Shown here: in pieces, positions 60,402-64,000 of the stretch
How the letters are laid out: each line of letters starts with the position of its first letter
Numbering within the stretch: position 1 is the first letter of the stretch
Assembly: GCA_003971905.1 (NCBI GenBank)
Contig: RSEE01000119.1
Span: 1 to 64,000 of the forward strand
Origin: Moniliella sp. 'wahieum'
Taxonomy: Eukaryota
Length of the DNA stretch: 64,000 nucleotides
Direction of reading: 5' to 3'
Translations under genes and position numbers: made by a program
The notes under the pieces: generated by a model
Seen by the model: the letters and a program-made list of their open reading frames with translations, nothing else
What the model was told of the DNA's origin: nothing
The model's database searches: none

Positions 60402-63400
60402 CTAGTCAGCGCGGTCCCGAACAACGTGCTGGGGTACACACCCACAGAGAAAAGCGGCGGATCTTTTTGCCCCGCGGCGCCGCCGGAGCTGAGCCGCGGT
60501 CCGGCCCGGGCGACGGTGGCGGCGGGGAGGAGGAAGGTTGGGAAGCACGAACGGGATCGGGATCCATCCTAGTATCGCCTTCCTCATCTGCTCCTTGTCC
60601 TTGTTCTTGTTCTTGTCCTTGTCCTTGTCCTGTTTCTTGTCCGGAATCTTATCCATCGCCTTGTCATGACGAGACGGAGAAACGGTGGCCAACGAGGCAG
60701 GCGAGATCATTCTCCCAAACCGGTACAACGCACGCTTGCGACCCGACTTGTCACGCCGTGCGGAAGGTGCGGTGGACGGAGACGCTTGCTTCGTACCGGG
60801 GCCCGGGGGGGGGCGGCGGGGTGGCCGTCTCGGGGCCGGTGGCAGCTGTGGTGGGACGGCGGACGACGACGTTTGGTCGTTTGGGGTAGGACCAGAGGGG
60901 GCGCCTCCTTACCTGCTTCCGCGGCCGGGGCCGGGGCCGGAGCCGGGGCCGTGGAGGTCAAAGCCCCATGCCCTGCCTCGCCCTCTTCCTCCTCCTCCTG
61001 AATCGCGGGCGGGACCACAGCTGGTTCCGATTTGCGCAACCGGTATGTCGGGGTCTCTTGGCCGTTTGACAACGCGAATGTGGGCAGCATACAGCGCTTG
61101 CCTGGATTTGCGCAGACGGCGGGCGGTCGAACTGTACACGCGCGGCGGCAAGGTGGACAGGCGTCCACCGCCGTTTTTCTCCCCTCGCCTTCGGCCAAAA
61201 GATCCGCATCCACATCGTCCAACAAGTCCCAGTCGTCGTCCTCGTCCAAGGGGAAGGAAGGATGAGCACTATGGTGCGAGGAATGGATGGAGGTGTGAAG
61301 AGAGCGGGAGCCTCGGCGGGACGGAGAAAAGGTAGCACTTGGCACCACATTCGGGTTGTCCAGACTCGCTTGCGCGGCGGCAGCGGCAAGAAACAATGTC
61401 CGTCGGTTTGCGCGCCGACACGCTGCGCCCCAACCGTCCCGGTTGGAACGGGGGAAGAGTCGTGGACTCGGGTATCTGTGCCTCCTCCACATCGGAGGCA
61501 GGGAAAGGGGCCACCTCGGCGGCAGGGGGAGGCGTCGAGAGGGAGAAGCAGAGTCGGGCATGAGCGGGGTGGTGGGAGCAATGGGCGAGCTGGCGGATGC
61601 AGTGGGTGCCGTGGGCGCCACGGGGCCTGCCTCAGAGATAGACCCCTGCTGCGAGTGCCGACCCGAGGATGGACGCCAGCGGAAAGTGAAGGCACGCTTG
61701 ATCGAACCGGAAGTAGAAAGCGTAGGAGGGGGTTTGCTCGTGGGGCTTGTGGGCCGGGAATGAGAGGCATGATGGGGCATGCAGGAGGTGAGGTAGTGAT
61801 CGCCGTTGTATTTCCCGTTGTAGCAGTCGTGTTACCCACGTCCGAGATCAAGGGGTCGTTTGTCCATCCCGAGAAGCTGGCTGACGAGTCCAATCCCGTT
61901 CCGACACTAGGTCGAGGTCCAATGGCTACTGGCGCAGAAGTGGGGGGGACGGAAGCAGAAGTAGGCAGCGGATCGACTGCCACAGGCACCGAGGTGGTTG
62001 GGCTGGTTTCCGATGCATTGGCTTGGCGGTCCAGCTCCTCCAGTACTGCATAAGCCAACAGCGCTGACGCTTGGTACTCTTCAAACTCGGCGGCCTCGGC
62101 AAGGGACCACCTGACCGACAGGGGATGGGACGGGGCGCGGACTCGGGCGGAGTGTGGACGAGCGGTACATAAGCCGGCACAGGCGAGGTCGGCGAGGAAG
62201 CCGAGACTTGCTCAGGTCCGCCAGAGGACTGGCGAGAGGATTCCACAATCTTGACTGTCGTCCCAGCCGGGGCGGGAACCCAAACGGGGGTGAGCGAGCG
62301 ACGAGGAGACCGAGGGCGCATTGGGTTTGTGACGACTTTGGGAGGAGACGATGGTCGATGCATGCCTTTCAAGGCTGCTTGGTGGGTAAGACGGCGTGGT
62401 ATCCAAGACTGGGGCGGGAATGGTGGTGTCTACGGCGGGGGGGGGGCGGGTGGGGGCCTCGTCCTCAATCGCGCTGACCATGGGCGGCGCCAGTGATGGC
62501 TCCCCATCATCCATACGCTCTGATGCAATGCTCGGGACATCAGCCGTTGAGCGTTTGGAAGGCGGCGACGAGTCTTGCTGAATGGTGGATGGTTCGGGAG
62601 CGGCAAGAGCCACACCAGACGAACCTGGTCCAGCAGAAGTAGGGGTCGAGCATACCTGAGGCGAGGGATGGGACGCCGCGGGGGCGTGGGCATGGGGAGG
62701 CCAGGCCAGACGGTGCCGATGGCAGGGGTTCTGCAATTGAGGCCATCCCGCTCGTTGCCGCATGACTCTGTTCTCTGTCAATCAGAGCCGAAGCTGTGGA
62801 GCGCGTAAGGGACGAGGAGGGTAAGCGTCGACCGGTCCATGATCCCGGACCGAAGCTGTAGCAAAGTCGGTAGCGACCACCCCACTGGACAGCGACGGGC
62901 TAGTCTCGGGCACGGCTGGTGCGAGTAGCCGGTGTGGTGGCCCGCGGAGTAGGACGGGCGGTGCTTGCTTTCCTCCTGTAGGAGGGAGATGGAGGTGTTT
63001 GAGGACGAGCCGTATACTGGACTCCCATGGAGCGGGCCACGAGGCAACGGTGCATGCGACTGCAACGAGCGGTTTTGAGCGGCCTCGTAAGCAGCAAGGC
63101 GAGCCTTCACGCTTCCTGGGCATATGCTGGTTTGGGTGTATGCCTGCTCCTTCATTCCAGGGAATGAGAAGTACCAGCGGAAAGGTCGTGTGTGGGCTCT
63201 TGCACCGTGGGCAACCCCACGAGCGCGGGGGCAGAGGGAGACGATAGCGATGACTGGTGACTGTGGGTGTGGTGGTTCAGCGTTCGAGCCTTGCGACAGA
63301 TCTCTTTCCCACTGGACTTGCTCGAGGGAATCGAGGGACAAGATCCATGCTTTCGCTGGTATCCATGCTCTGTTCTCGGGCATGCCCGCATCCGACATGC

Positions 63401-64000
63401 GTGCATCCTCATCAGAGTGGCCCTGGCGGGAGCACGTGTCCTGGTCTTCCTCATCCAAGTCCATCGCGCCATGTGCATCCGGGCCCGGATACTCGTCCGA
63501 AAGGAAAGTCTGACCCAGGTTCTGACCGGGCAGGCAGTGAAGTTGTACCTTCAAATAAGCTGCTAACCTCCTCTGGGTTGTCCCCTGTTGCGGCAACCGC
63601 TTGTCGGTACTTGTCCAACAGACGGACACGCTCCTTTTCCGCAGTCGCTTCGTCCTTTTCCCTCCGACGGCGGGCGCGAGATTGGGGGGTTTCATCAGAG
63701 ACTTCGTCGGTGTCCGGATCATCCGACTCGCCTTCGTCAAAGTCCAAGTTGGGACGGAGCCCAAGGAAAGACTCGTCAAAGTTGCGCGTGTCCTCTTGAT
63801 TGCAAGGATCCGTGTGTGGGACATAGGGAGGGATGTACCGGCGGTAGTGAATGTGGTCCCATTCAATCATGCCAAAGTACGGATGACGTTTCAGTCTGGG
63901 CTCCTGTAGGCGCAAGCCAGGGTCCTTTTGCAGCAAGCCACGGAGGAAGCCGCGGGTATCCTGGTCCCACGCTGTAGGGTCGTACCCCCTCGACGTGGGC
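60402..64000 (-). CDS. AGC-family (Akt/Ypk-like) Ser/Thr kinase, 3' part only, with a very long disordered tail
   Basis: DTRGFLRGLLQKDPGLRL..KRHPYFGMIEWDHIHYRRYIPPYVP..DTRNFDESFL (kinase subdomain XI plus AGC C-terminal region); DDDWDLL motif in the tail. Gene continues beyond the window and the stop is uncertain (~60402-60570). Confidence 0.85.

Noticed and set aside
6926..64000. Pervasive frameshifts as mass pseudogenisation, programmed frameshifting or RNA editing
   Set aside because: They hit conserved housekeeping genes (TAF10, YIF1, RTF1) and are mostly single missing bases in short runs, with no excess of substitutions or stops. This is typical of an unpolished long-read consensus.

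Overview
Left chromosome end of a GC-rich, intron-poor basidiomycete fungus; gene content and architecture resemble Ustilaginomycotina (inference). The window opens with CCCTAA telomere repeats and a ~2.6 kb subtelomere. The subtelomere holds telomere-like arrays, a probable telomere-linked-helicase tail remnant and a 5'-truncated photolyase pseudogene with CpG decay. About 19 protein-coding genes follow: Pal1-like, RTF1, Sec7-like, HSF, FlbA/Sst2 RGS, a CBS-domain ORF apparently fused to TAF10, macrodomain, LYAR, paraoxonase-like, DUF1748, NSRP1, glyoxal oxidase, YIF1, Zn2Cys6 TF, PH-like, Ecl1-like, PXB/DUF3818 and a partial AGC kinase. Almost every gene carries several 1-bp indels, which looks like an unpolished long-read assembly, so CDS coordinates are approximate and were stitched across frames by eye. 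The most striking unexplained signal is a non-coding repeat grammar seen across the window: a T-N-A triplet recurs in phase, separated by a perfect even palindrome of variable sequence (14 of the 16 possible 4-mers seen, plus 6- and 8-mers). These arrays cluster mostly upstream of genes. Their flanks fit a micro inverted-triplication (template-switch) model. I found no tRNA, rRNA, CRISPR array or intact transposon.
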